A stretch of 56,346 bases of DNA, the filler included, from Bipalium vagum (lineage: Eukaryota), in the NCBI GenBank assembly GCA_037834085.1. It is 3 parts of 3 records of this genome, joined end to end, with 100 filler letters (N's around TTAATTAATTAA, not from the genome) between each part and the next. Parts side by side here need not be neighbours in the genome. Positions count along the whole stretch, not along the records: positions 17,129 to 39,700 come from JBBMKC010219687.1; positions 39,801 to 56,346 come from JBBMKC010106225.1; 1 more part is not named here. One strand, written 5' to 3'. Below, one piece after another: positions 38,722-51,379 of the stretch; position 1 is the stretch's first letter; the number at the start of each line of letters is the position of its first letter. The translations under genes and the position numbers were made by a program. A model generated the notes under the pieces. The model was given only the letters and a program-made list of their open reading frames with translations. It was not told where the DNA came from and did no database searches.

Positions 38722-39612
38722 TATTGGCTTGGCAAAAAATTTCGTGTGCTTTTTAATATTGGAATTTGTAAATTAATTTTTCATAAATTAATCATTCAGT
38801 TGTTGTTTAAATAATATAATAGTTTCACGCGATAATTGAAATATCGTTATGCAAGATTAAAAACTGCATTTTCATTATATTTTGTTGTTTTATTTTGAAA
38901 AAGGTAAGTATCATATTATTTATAAATATTATATTGATTTTAAAAAGGTAAGAGAGTCTCGGATGTAAATAGGAAAATATTCAAAGTATATGGAGATGAT
39001 GTTTTATCAGTACGAGTATGCCAAAAATGGTTCGTCAAATTCGATATGAGCGATGAATCCCACTCTGGATGCCCATCTCACATTGATCTAAACGATATTG
39101 AGTCTATTACCGAAAGGAATTCATCTAACACGTTTGGGAAATCGCAACGGTCCTAAAGACATCACATACAACAGCAGAAAGAACTCTGCATAATCTGGGA
39201 TTTGTTTCGCGACTCAATGTCTGGGTACCGCATAAATTAACGAGGCCAATTTATTGGCACTTATATTAATATGTGATTCACAGCTGAAACTTCAAGAGAA
39301 CCATCCAGGGATGAAAAGTGGGTTGTCTATTACAATGTGGTTTGCAAAAGGCCGTGCTTTCTGTTTGGTGGAATTTTAAAGGTATAATTTATTACGAGGT
39401 GTTTTCATCTTGCCAATCGATTAATTCGGATGTGTACTGCTCCAAATAGACAAAGGTGAACAATGCATTCCACGAAAGGGTCCAAGACAATACCAACACG
39501 ACAATGGCAGGTCTCATATATCTTTGGCCACCCGGAACAAATTATCGGCCATAAGATGCGATGTTTCGCCTCATCCTCCATACTTACAGGACACGGGTTC
39601 TACCGATTATCA
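38722..39612 (+). mobile_element. Mariner transposase pseudogene with 5' terminus
   Basis: TATTGGCTTGGCAAAAAATTTCG start; VCQKWFVKF, VWVPHKLTE, DEKWVVYYN, HPPYLQDTGSTDY. Confidence 0.88.
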
Positions 39613-39700
39613 ATATAATAGTAACTATAAGGAATTATAAAGATTTTACGTAATCTTTATAATTCAGTAAAATCAATAATTACAATTGTTTTAATTATTG

Positions 39701-39800
39701 NNNNNNNNNNNNNNNNNNNNNNNNNNNNNNNNNNNNNNNNNNNNTTAATTAATTAANNNNNNNNNNNNNNNNNNNNNNNNNNNNNNNNNNNNNNNNNNNN
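39701..39800. other. Assembly gap with artificial spacer
   Basis: 44 N + TTAATTAATTAA + 44 N. Confidence 0.97.
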
Positions 39801-39802
39801 CA

Positions 39803-40390
39803 AAATTAAATCTGGTCTCTAGAATGACAGATGGTAAAAATATTAATATTAATTTTTTGAATAGAAACTGTATAGAACTAAATTTAACAGAAGGTACAAC
39901 ACAAACCTTACAAATATATAATATACCTAATATTCCAATTTATTTATTTATTGCTTTTAGAGAAGCAGATTTTGATTATACAAAATAATAGTTTTTTATT
40001 CAAGATAAAATTAAATTGTTACAAGTTCAACTTTCTGATTCATTATATCCTATAAAACCAATAAAATTTGAAAAACGTTATAATAGTGAAACTTATTTGA
40101 ATTATGTAAATGCTTGTAAATAATTTAATAACTATCCATAATTAAGTTTATTAGAATTTCAAAATTTATATTCCATATTTTGTTTTGATTTAACGGATCA
40201 AGCAGAAAATTTATGTATCAATGGAACAAAAATTACTTTGCTTATAGAAAAAGATAATGATTTTAAAGGAATTATGAATTGTGTTTTATTAAGTGAGAAA
40301 TTTATTGAAATAAAACTTGAAGGTGGAAAGATGATTAATTTTGAAGTTAAAGCAAAAATAGATCAAATTTCAAAAAAAATCTTTTTCAAT
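39803..40390 (+). pseudogene. Polinton major capsid protein C-terminal fragment
   Basis: PIYLFIAF..QVQLSDSLYP..EFQNLYSIFCFDLT resembles the C-terminal Y..F.FDL signature of Polinton MCPs; in-frame stops. Confidence 0.65.
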
Positions 40391-41864
40391 TTTATATTTT
40401 TATATAATTATTAAATCATATAGTAATTATTAAATTTTTCTAATATTGTTTTATTGCGCTTTTTACGATATATTTTTTTCTTTTTTAGTAATATACAAAC
40501 AATTTTTTTATTAATCAACTTGTATATTTTTTGTAAATATTTTTTTAGTATAGGTATACAAATAAATATTTTTTTGATTTCATATATTAATCCAATTTGA
40601 AAATAAAAATCTTTTTATTTAGTTTTTTGATTCAATAAAAAAATATTTGTTAATATAGGTATACTAAAAAATATTTTGTAATTTGTCAAGTTATTAGGTG
40701 AGTTACATTTTTTATTTTTTTTATTAAAAAATGGTAGATTATTATTTTAGTAAATATTGTAATAAATATATTTCAAAAAATAATAAATGGAATTATGAAA
40801 AAACTAAAATACATATTGAAAAGTAAGTGTAAGTAAGGAAGTAAATAGAAAGTAAGTAATGTAAGTAAGGAAGCAAGTATTCTTAGTAAGGAAGTAAGTA
40901 ATCTAAGTGATGTGAAAATAGCAGATGATAAATTAAGTATTGCAATAAATGATTCTTTAATAAATAAATTAAACAATGAAAAAAAAGAAAAACTAATGTA
41001 AAAATCTTTATAAAAATCTTAATAAAGATAAAGATGAAAAGAAAAAAAAATAGGAGAAGCTAAAATTAATATTCATGAAGAAAATTATGAAAAAATAAAA
41101 TTAGAAATACAAAATTTTAAAAATATTATAAAAAAAATGAAGAAAAACTTAAACAAGTTAATAATTTAGAACTTAATTTAAACCAAAAAGAAAATATTGG
41201 GGATAAATTAGAAAATTTTTTTAATAATTATAAAAGAGATAATGATTTACAAAAAAATTATGAAAACTTATGTATTAAAACTGAACAATTGGAAAATTTA
41301 GAATCTAAAATATCTATTGAAACAGAAATTAAAAAATATAAAAAAAGAAATTTATTGTCTTAAAGGAGGATTAAATAAGACTGAAGAACTTATGAAAGTA
41401 ATGAACACGAGTTTTAATTTTAAATATGAAAAAAACGATTGGAAATTTGAAGAAAGAAAGTTTCTTAGAAATTGAAAAATATAAAAATTAAGTTGAAAGA
41501 TTACAAAAAATAATATTAAATACTCATGGACAAATTGATAGAATACATCAAACAGAATTTAAAGGAAAATCTATTGCAGTACAAACAGAAATTACTCGAA
41601 CAAAATTTATAAAGATATATTATGAAAATAAAAAATTATTCAAAGAAAAAAATAAAAAATTGAGGAGATGAAAGCGAACAATGCTCTTATGAAACAAAGT
41701 TTCATAGAAAAAGATAAAGAAATTTACAAAAAATTATCAAGTGAAAGAATGAAAGAAACCAACAAACCTTCATTTTGGATCATTAGATACTATGATTATT
41801 TCACAACATTTCAGTATTATTTTGTAAATAATAAACTAATTAGAGATGATTTAAAAATAAGATA

Positions 41865-42427
41865 TTAGATTGTCCAGTATGAAATTGCGGATTTTCAATA
41901 TTATTTTTAAAAAGTCAAAAACAGCTTGTAAATAAATTTTTTTAATTAACATATTTCCATTCGCTTTTGACACACTGTTGCCATCGGGACAAAACCTTTT
42001 AAATTCCTTTTTGACTTCAATTGGGCTTCATTTAAGAGGGACTTGGGTCTTCCGCGGTCTTGGTTTTGGAGATTTAGGTCCCCGTCTCGAAATTTTTTGA
42101 ACCATATCTATGTTGTTCTTTTGCTTATACTACTTTCACCTCATGCAGAATTAATGTTTCGAGTTGATTCTGATGCATTGTGGTTCAGTTTGAACTTGTA
42201 TAATATGAATACTCGAATTTGTTGATCAACCATGTCTAGTAAAGAACGATAAAAAAACTTTTACTTTAAATTAATATGCTTACTTTTATATTTATATAAA
42301 AGTTTGAAAGTTACTCTTTAATTTGGTATATATAAACAAACAATTTATTGTTAACGTTTGTGATTAACTTTAATTTGAAAATAAATATAAAATTAATAAA
42401 TCCGCAATTTCATACTGAACAACCTAA
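41865..42427 (-). mobile_element. Internally deleted mariner with both TIRs and TA TSD
   Basis: TA|TTAGATTGTCCAGTATGAAATTGCGGA ... TCCGCAATTTCATACTGAACAACCTAA|TA; minus-strand IRVFILYKFKLNHNASESTRNINSA and RGRPK. Confidence 0.9.
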
Positions 42428-42429
42428 TA

Positions 42430-44510
42430 TAATTGAATATGTTCAGTTCTTTATCCATAAAATGCTTCTTTTGGTTTTAGTTTAGATAATTCTGAATCAG
42501 TTTTAAAATTTTTAAAATCAGGATTTTCTAAAGGCTTTTCATATTCGCATTCCCATAATTCTATAACTTCTAATTTTAAATTTGTATCTTTAAAATATTT
42601 TATAATATTATTCTTTTTTTCTAAAGTTCGATTATTTAAACATTCCATTGTTTTATTTCCTCTATGTCATATTTCTTTTTTATCATAACATTTAGGGCAG
42701 CCATAAAAATAGCAACCATTAAATTCATAGATATAATGAATTTTAAAAGTTTGATCATAATAAAATCCGTCAACTTTATATGTTTTGGAAGCTTTGCTTC
42801 CAAGAGCTTCGCTTGTATTATTAACTCTAATTGTTTTTTCTCCTCCTTTGCATGTTGAATTTTTATATTATCAATTTTACTTAACTATTCTAACCAATGA
42901 ATACATTTATAATAATATATATCTTCAAAATTACTTAATCTCGGTATTCCAATTTTTTCATTATTTATCACGGACATAAATATGTTTGTAAAATTTGTGC
43001 TATTGTCATATGTTGAAAAGGATCCATATTTAAAACGTTGTCATTTGAAATATTTATGTTTAAAAGAAATCTCTATAAATTAAAAAACCTTTAGTTAAGA
43101 TCATAACATCTGTTAAACAATAATAAAACATTTGATTTTGAAAATTAAAAACTTCATTCTTTTTTTATTTTTTCATCATACAATTGTCTTAATTTTTTTT
43201 CTTTATTATTATCACTCATATAACTATAACCATAACATTCTAAATCTGGACATTTACCAATGTAATTTTGATTTTTTGTTGCATTGAAATAATGTGGACA
43301 ATATCCTTTGGAATCTTTAAAACCAAATATTTCTGGAAAAGCTTTATGGACATAAAGTAAAACTTATTGAATCTACAAATCTTATATTAAAATGTTTTAT
43401 TTGCATGTATGTGATTTTACTTCCTGACCTAATTTTTTCTACTGGCAATTTTGTTTGAATTAACAAACCTAATATTGTGTGGTTATCATATCCTTTTTGC
43501 ATAATGTGCTATTAAAGTATATATTTCAAAATCTTTACAAATAAAGAATTTACAAAATGTATCATTTAAAGAAATTGAGTCTTCAATTATTATTTCTTCA
43601 AAAAATCTATATTATCTAAAATATTTTCAATTGTTAAATTTTCTAATTTTCAGTAATAAGTTTAAAATGTGATATTATGTTTGTTTGTATTTTAAAATAT
43701 ATTTTTCTTTCTGAATCATAAGCAATTGCGTAATTCATTACATGATAACCAGCTGTTTCTTGTGTTCCTTCAAATTCAAAAAATATATTTATTACTTTGC
43801 TTAAATTTTCTTTCATTGTTTTTAAATAACATTTGTGATTATTGAATGGAGGTTTGTATTGTTCATTAAAAATTGGGCAATTCTTATTACCACACTTATG
43901 TTGACATGAATTAAAACATTCTTCATTAAAAATATCAAAAACTATTTTATATTTATAAGGTTTACAATTATCTATTTTACATTTATTACAATATTTTAAT
44001 GATTGTAAAAAAGCTATTATTTTTGTAATAGAAATAAAATGATGATTTTCTTGACCATAATAAATAAAAGTTTGTTTCTCAAATTGTTCATTTCCTCTAT
44101 ATAAAATAGAATTAGGTTGATTATTATTATGAGAATAAACTATAATTCTTATTTGTAAAAAAATTTCAAATTGTTTTAAATCACCAATATTATTTCCAGT
44201 TTCTTTAATTTCTACTTGAGCCATATTATGTAATTTTATTGCCCATTCTTCTTGAATTGGATCACCTCTTCTAATTTATCTAATTCTATTATAACGTTCT
44301 CCAAATTTTAAAAAGTTTTTGTTTTTAAAGTTTTCATAAGTTAAAGAAGTTATTATTGATCTTGCTAAACAAATTGTATCATTATTTTGAGTTATGTTAA
44401 TAGAATTCTGTACAAAATTTTGTAATATTAAATTTTTAGAATTACTTCTACTATAATTAACATAGTTTCTTTCTTTTCCAACTGGTATTGGTAAAAGTGA
44501 AAATTCAAAA
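42430..44510 (-). pseudogene. Polinton protein-primed family B DNA polymerase (N-terminal, exonuclease and insert regions; truncated)
   Basis: NDTICLARSI, FFEFEGTQ (ExoI-like), KGYD (ExoII), RFVDS, KGYCPHYFN, YCLTDV (ExoIII), DPF..TIA, VDGF..YEFNGCYFYGCPKCY, WECE, EAFYG*RTE. Confidence 0.9.
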
Positions 44511-45300
44511 ATTACAAATTTTGGCAATTATTATGGAATTTTGCATAACGTTTTGGTATAATTCAATTGAGATCATAGCGATTTGTTCCGAAATGTGGTC
44601 TTTGAGTTGTGTAATAGTTTTGGGTTGATTAATATAAACTATATCTTTTAGATATCTCCATAAGAAATAGTCTGGAGCCGTCAACTCGGCTTTGTTGCCC
44701 AAACTCAACAATTTTGTTTATTAAAAACACCTTCACTCAAGTGAAAATTACTTTCATCAGTCAATGATTTTTTTTCCAAAAATGAGGATCCGCAATTGAT
44801 CTTTCTAGCAACCAATTACAATAATTCAGGCGACTTTGATGGTCTGATTCTTTAAGCTTCATAACTACGTTAAGCTTATAGGCTTTCTTATGCAAATCTT
44901 CATGCATTATCTGCGAAAAACTGGATTTTGAGAGGTTTAATTCCTGTGCTCTATTGAGGTGCATTTATTGTCTTCAATACTCTCGCGTGTACTTGCAATA
45001 TTTTCAGGTATACGCACAGATCGAAGTCGTCCAGATTTTGGTCTGTCTGCTACCGAGCCAAATGCTTCAAAAGCATTAACCAGATTGTAAATTGTTTGTT
45101 TTGGTGGACATTTGTTTTTCCCAAATTTTGCATTTAATTTTTTAACGCTTACTGAATTTGAACTACGGCCGTGATAAAATATTTTGACAAGTTATGCCCG
45201 CTGTTGCATATTATAACGATCCAAAACTACAAGTCGAAAAATATCATCCTTTATGAGAACCGTTATAGATCCAGACGATTTAAAAGAATTGATTACTCAA
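44511..45300 (-). mobile_element. Tc1/mariner-superfamily transposase remnant nested in the Polinton
   Basis: RPKSGRLRSVRIPENI, DESNFHL, NKQN, ELTAPDYFLWRYLKDIVY (PDLTP.DFFLWGYLK type). Boundaries approximate. Confidence 0.85.
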
Positions 45301-45379
45301 GTACCCATACATGACGATATCAATTTAAGTAATTATTTTCTCGACTTGAGGCGATTTTGTAAAAAAAGTCTTAGCGACA

Positions 45380-45458
45380 TTTCTATATTTTTCTATATAT
45401 TTCTGAATAATTTTCTATATTTTTCTGAATAATTTTCTATATATTTTGAATAATTTTG
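45380..45458. repeat. Degenerate ~21-bp tandem repeat (TTTTCTATATATTTCTGAATAA-like) x3-4
   Basis: Directly visible. Confidence 0.7.
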
Positions 45459-47459
45459 TAACTCTAAATTTTTTCCAGAACAAAGTTACTATATTATTGT
45501 TTTAATATTTTAAAGTGAATCAAGGTTTGTTTATCAAATAACCAAAATTATTATTTTAATCATTTATTTATGTTATTGTTGATTAAAATTTGCATAAATA
45601 CTTGCTAAATATTTATAATTAAGGTATAAAATTATCAGATTATCTAAACTTATTTTAAATATTTGGTTTAAATTTAGGTTCTTAAAGAATCTTTATGGTT
45701 TCTCGTATGGCAATTCAGTGAAAACTGTTCACTATTTCATTTTCTATTATAGAATTGTAACCAACATATTTTTGGTAAGTATTTGTTATTTTCTATCAAA
45801 GAAATTTAGTTACTGAGATAAGAAAAAATTCTAATACTTGGTTTTTGAAGAATTATTGAAGGTTTTAATTTTGAAATAGGAAGTATATCCTTAGAAATTT
45901 CATAGCATAATATTCAAAATTTTAAGTTAATATTTAAGTTTTGTTTAGTATTTCGCTTTGATTAATTTTTTAATATAAAATTTAGATTAGAAATTTTGTT
46001 ATGTTTAGTTTACTTACCCCAGAGTTCATTTAAATAAAGAACTTAATTTATGATGAATTCTATAGATGTAATATTATCAATTCAATATGATTATTATTAC
46101 ACAATCAAATAATACTTAATGATATATGATTTTAGTATATTATAAGGTAATATTAATAATACGAGTAATATTTATTGTAATTATAAATTTTTAGCATAGG
46201 TCATATCGAGCATATTTTTGTTATGATTGAATATTATTAATATTAATAATCTGAGACAAATATTTAACAACATCGTTACTGTGCTCCTTACTAAGTTTAG
46301 TAGTCTTTATAAAAAAAACTATAATCAACCTAGCACAATAAGCTATTGTTTTTATGATAATATCTTAGCACAAGTGATCAGTCAGATATTTGTCAATAGA
46401 GCTTAGTTTCTTTTAGTAACAGCAACATTGAAATAATCAAAACAAATAAAAATGTACTTACATTGCAATTTTAAAAAAATCAAGCCCAATTTACGTTTTT
46501 CATGGTTGAATCCCACCAATTGTAAGTAGCTAAGTTGACTTTTGACTATAGCACAATCTTCTATAGACTAACATACTAACATCATAAATATTTAAAATTA
46601 TTATTTATTACAATATATTTTCTGTCAATTTTGAGATTTCAATTCTAGATGAATTTCATTTTATTTTGTTAAGTTTCTAAAGGTGGTTTTATATTATTAG
46701 GAAACTTAACACAAATATATGTTTGTCTGAAAGAATGGATGTTTATGTAACTCCGGGTCAAATATGCAAAATATGGTATTAAAATTAAATTAACTTACAC
46801 CAATTATGTTTCTAATTGATTCAAATATTCAATATTCCTTTTATTATAATAATTATATTTATTATCCATATTATCATGTATTTTTGTCAACTCGGTCAAA
46901 AAAGATACTTGATACATTTGACCGGTCAAAAAAGAGATTTGATAGTCATTTCATTAAGAAAACCGTTTTCATTATAGCACGCCCAAAAAATTATCAATCT
47001 CAAATCACCAATTATCTAGTTATTATCGCTGATCTATTTATTATTGACGAATATTGATGTTAACATTTTTTTATTCTTTGCTCTTCTAGTCAAATTTTAA
47101 GAATTCTCTTTAATCTTTTATCAATGGCCTTTGTATGAGTTTTTCTTAAATTATAGAAAAGTAATATTGATACCCACAAATGTTGTTAAGAAGAACAGAT
47201 TTATTTAATTAGATTTGAATTTTTTAAATGTTATATTTTTGTATAATTATGTGATGAATATTTTACTGAACAATATCTTTTAATACTCTTATGTAATAAT
47301 TATTTACTGCATAAATTTCCATCGCTCAGATTTATGAATATTAAATATTATAACATATAAGCTTTGTTTTAAAACATTTGTTTAAGTAAGTCATTATTGA
47401 TTATATTGATATACATTAAATCACAATTTATTTAAATTATCCGATTTATTTCAAGCAAT

Positions 47460-48790
47460 AATTATGGAAGATGATAAAATGCATATTCGCCACTACATGT
47501 TGTTCTTTTTCAATCAATGCAAAACATCTACCGAAGCAGCCAGATTAATTTACAAAACTTATAGTATTAAAACAATAGCCAAGGGCTCATGTCGAGAATA
47601 GTTAAGACTTTTTAGAAATGGTGATATTGATTAAAAGAATAGATTTGCAAGTTACTCAGCCACTAGAATTGTGTTCGGACGAGTTGGAAGCGTTTTTAAA
47701 AGAACATTCGACTCAATTGAGTGTAGACATGACGAGAAGACTGTATGATATGTTAATCATAGCAACGTACTTTGGCGGTTGAATCAGATGCGGTAAATCT
47801 GAAAGAAGGAAAAATGGATCACTCATGAACTATCACTCCTGCCACCATTTGTTTTTCGCTTCTTTGTAGACACGAACATTTCTTTTCTGTATAGAATTGT
47901 AACTGAAGACGAAAATATACATATGTATAAAGTTAAATAATTTTATGGGGTTAAGAATATCGAATTTGGTCGGTAAGTAACAACAAAATAATTTCAAATC
48001 AGAAGGCTTTATGGTGTGTAATTCGGAACAAATAAAACTCAAAAAATTTCAAAGTAATAATAAAATCGAACTTTAACAAATATGTTTATTTGTAAAAATT
48101 GGCGATTACAATTTATTTTACTAGGAAACTATTATCCTTATTATATATTTTTTATTAATATAATATAAGGCTAGTCAATGTTTTCTCAGATTAATTAATT
48201 TTTAAAAAAAAAATTTAATAATAAAAATAATAATTGTTAGTTTTTTTACAGGCTTTTGTTTTGCTGAGTTTCTTATTTTACATACACAAAAAGGAAACTG
48301 AATACAACACAATAGGTAAAGAATGATATTATTAAAATCACATAGAATGTTTAAAAAATCATTTATAAGGATAAAAAATTGTTTTTTCTTTTTGAGTCTC
48401 CATAGTATTATAATCTCAATTGCAAAAGATCATTGGTTAATCCTGGAAATATTTTTATTCACCAGGTCGTCCTGTTTATCCAGTGGGACATGACGGTGTG
48501 CTTTGTTATAAACTATTAAAACAATCTGAGGTTGTTGCTGTGGTCACCAATTGACATAGTTCAACGAGTTATTATTGCCGGACGATGATATTTTGCAAAG
48601 GCTACTGATCTATTTCATTCCATGCATCATAGTCTTTCTGATGTAAATTTTAGTAATTTTGAAGAGGTGCAGAAATTTATTGACAGTTCTATTCAAGCTT
48701 AAAGATTTTTTCCTCGGGGTTTATCATTTTTTGTATGAAAGATGGGAAAAAGCAGTTAATAATGATGGAAAATATTTTGATTAAATGTAC
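47460..48790 (+). mobile_element. Mariner fragments (N-terminal ~47465-47835, C-terminal ~48400-48785)
   Basis: KMHIRHYMLFFF..TEAARLI, KWITHEL; LFHSMHHSL, RWEKAVNNDGKYFD. Confidence 0.8.
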
Positions 48791-49200
48791 CATGTTATTT
48801 TTCTGTTATTTTTAACGTCATTTTTATTTTTACTACTGAGGTCATTTTCTGTATTTGCTTTTGTGTTTGACGTCATTACATTATGTTTAGCTCAAGTTTT
48901 CCCTTTTGTCTGGCGTCAACTCAACTTTTCTTTCTTATTTATTATTATTACTATTTTATTCATATTGTTAAGTTCCTAATAAAGATAAGTTCTTCACTCC
49001 CTCGTATGCGGATTTGTTTTAGGTCTTATTGAAAATATTAAATTTCCTGTGTCATTTAAAATTTTTATTGTTTCTGGATCTAAGCTTACTTCATAATAAT
49101 CTGTTTTTTCATATGCTGTCTTTCGATGATAGTAATTTTTATCATGAATCAACGCTTTTTCATTTTTTAACAAAATATAAAATTTTTGAAAAATACATTT

Positions 49201-49465
49201 TTACTCAAATGTTGATGGCAATATCTTTTTTGTTTCTAAATTTATAAAAAAATAATTATATTTTTTATTCATATAAAAATTAAATAAACAATCAAATTCC
49301 TCTTTTTCAATAAAAGCGGATAACATTTTTGAATAAATTTGAAACTTATCATTTTTAGAAATTTCAAATAAAATTAAAACCTTTACATTATTTCTTTTTG
49401 ATCTTAAAGGCAAATCAACAAAAGATTGTGATAAATATATTACTGAACAATTATTATGTCTTCCT
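49201..49465 (-). pseudogene. Polinton packaging ATPase, C-terminal half (split by insertion)
   Basis: GRHNNCSVIYLSQSFVDLPLRSKRNNVKVLILF, an A32/FtsK-type GRH..Q..R.N signature. Confidence 0.88.
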
Positions 49466-51139
49466 AGTAGTAGGTAAAACCATACTTTGGGGACAGGAAC
49501 CCAATTTTTTTCGGTCGCCTGGGTTGGGGGTCCCTCAAAAAATAAAAAACGTTGGGGCATATTTTTTTGACTCTTTCAGTCGCTTCGCTCCTTCAAAAGA
49601 GTCAAAAAAATATTTCCTCTCCCCAAAGTAGTTTTACCTACTACTTCATTTATTATATTTTTATATTACTAGTTTTTAAAAACTTTAAAATATCAAATTA
49701 AAAAAAAATTTAATAATTTAGGGTATTTTTCAGTTAATTTATAGAGTTTTATTGAAAAATATAAATCCCCCTTACTTATTTTAATATTATTTTGTATTAA
49801 ATAAAGTATAGTTAAATTAAAATCATTATTAAAACTTTTTAAAATTTTATTTAATAATAAAACCATTTTTATTTTATTAAAAAGTGTATTATTTAATAAA
49901 ATACTTTCATTCATGAGACATTCTTTAACTTTTTGTAATAAAACTTCTAAATTTACAGGAATTGATAAGTTGAATGCATCAATATCGTTAATAACTTTCA
50001 ATCTTTCTACAAGATTTGCTTTTAAATAAGTTTTGGTGTCTTCTAATCTAATTTTAGACTTTCTTCTGATTTTCTTTCCTATTTTCTTCTTTCGTTTTCT
50101 TTATTGCTTCAATTTCGTTGTTTATAAATTTTGGATTGAACACATTTTGGTTTGCTTCGATTATATTCCCGACATAATTGGAATACTCTTCTTTTCGTCT
50201 ACATATTTTTCTTTAATCTCTTAAAGCATAAAAAGTAGACATTTGGTTGATAATAACGTTAAATCTTGAGAAGGCTTTCTTTTGAAAGGTTCCAATATAA
50301 ATTAATGTATTACATAAAAATATAATAAGATAAGATGTTACCTTTATACATTGAAATTCAGGTTGTTAAGCAAAAATAACATTTAACACTATAGTTACAA
50401 AATAAATTAACTTAGTAAAACAACTTTACTTGACAGTTATTTTAAAATTGAGTTTTCTGTAATTCATTATTGTAAAACCTTCCAATTATTTTTTTCCCAT
50501 TTTTATCAATTATTCCATAAGCAATTGGGTTGTAAAATAAATTTCATTAATAATTAATAATTCATCATTCCATTTAGCTGTATATCCTTTGTCAAATTTA
50601 TTTTTATATTTAAAAATTCTTATATGATCTCCAATATGGAATTTTGGTTATAAAGTTAATTGAGAAATAGGTGAAATTTTAACAGTTGCTTTATTTTTTA
50701 ATTTTTCAGGATTTTTAGAAGCCTCATTAGGAGAAATACCAATTGAACTATGGATTTTATTATTATTAAAATTAATTAAATTATGTAATAAATGAATCCA
50801 TTTTCTATTTCCTTTTTCTGTAAATTTTTTAAACATTAAATTTTTTGTAATTTTATTTTTTATGGAAAAATGTAATTTTTCTATTTTTTTTTAAGAAAAA
50901 ATTTGATATTTTTAAATTTTTAAAAACTAGTAATATTAAAATATAATAAATGAAGTAGCACATAAAACCGTACTTTGAGGAGAGGAGATACTTTTTTGAC
51001 TCTTGAAGGAGCGAAGCGACTGAAAAAGAGAAAAAAAAACATGCCCCCAACGTTTTTTATTTTTTGGGGAGCCCCTCCCCCTACGCGACCGAAAAAAATA
51101 TTGGGGTCCTGTCCCCAAAGTATGGTTTTACCTACTACT
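49466..51139. mobile_element. 1,674-bp non-autonomous mini-Polinton with ~235-bp TIRs and 6-bp TSD
   Basis: CTTCCT|AGTAGTAGGTAAAACCATACTTTGGGGACAGGA ... TCCTGTCCCCAAAGTATGGTTTTACCTACTACT|CTTCCT; TIRs ~49466-49700 and ~50900-51139; carries an integrase 3' fragment. Confidence 0.93.
50440..50836 (-). pseudogene. Polinton integrase C-terminal fragment inside the mini-element
   Basis: KWIHLL..NNKIHSSIGISP, PKFHIGDHIRI, FDKGYTAKWNDE, GRFYNNELQK. Confidence 0.88.
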
Positions 51140-51300
51140 CTTCCTCGAGTGAAATACATTTCCATAATATTTTGAGTTTTTTCATTTATTATATCATCAT
51201 CAAAAATAATTAAATTTTTTAATTTCGTATCTAATTTATTAGGTGGTTGAATTTCAGTTGCTTTGTCAGATAATTTTACTTTTTTCGGACTTTTTATTCA
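51140..51300 (-). pseudogene. Polinton packaging ATPase, Walker B segment
   Basis: PPNKLDTKLKNLIIFDDDII..MEMYFTRGR joins in frame to HNNCSV after removing the insertion and one TSD copy; Walker A not seen. Confidence 0.85.
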
Positions 51301-51379
51301 ATAGCATCACCATTAAGATCTCCAGTCGCTTCCTCCTCAAATTTATATATTTTTTCATTTTTAAACATTTGACAAACTT

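Noticed and set aside
41780-41800. IIRYYDY resembling the PolB motif expected after AFYGGRT
   Set aside because: Wrong strand relative to the pPolB remnant and no SLYP follows.
49398-51175. Several ORFs with shared peptides (VVGKTILWGQ, KIKNVG) on both strands
   Set aside because: These are translations of the non-coding TIRs, not genes.
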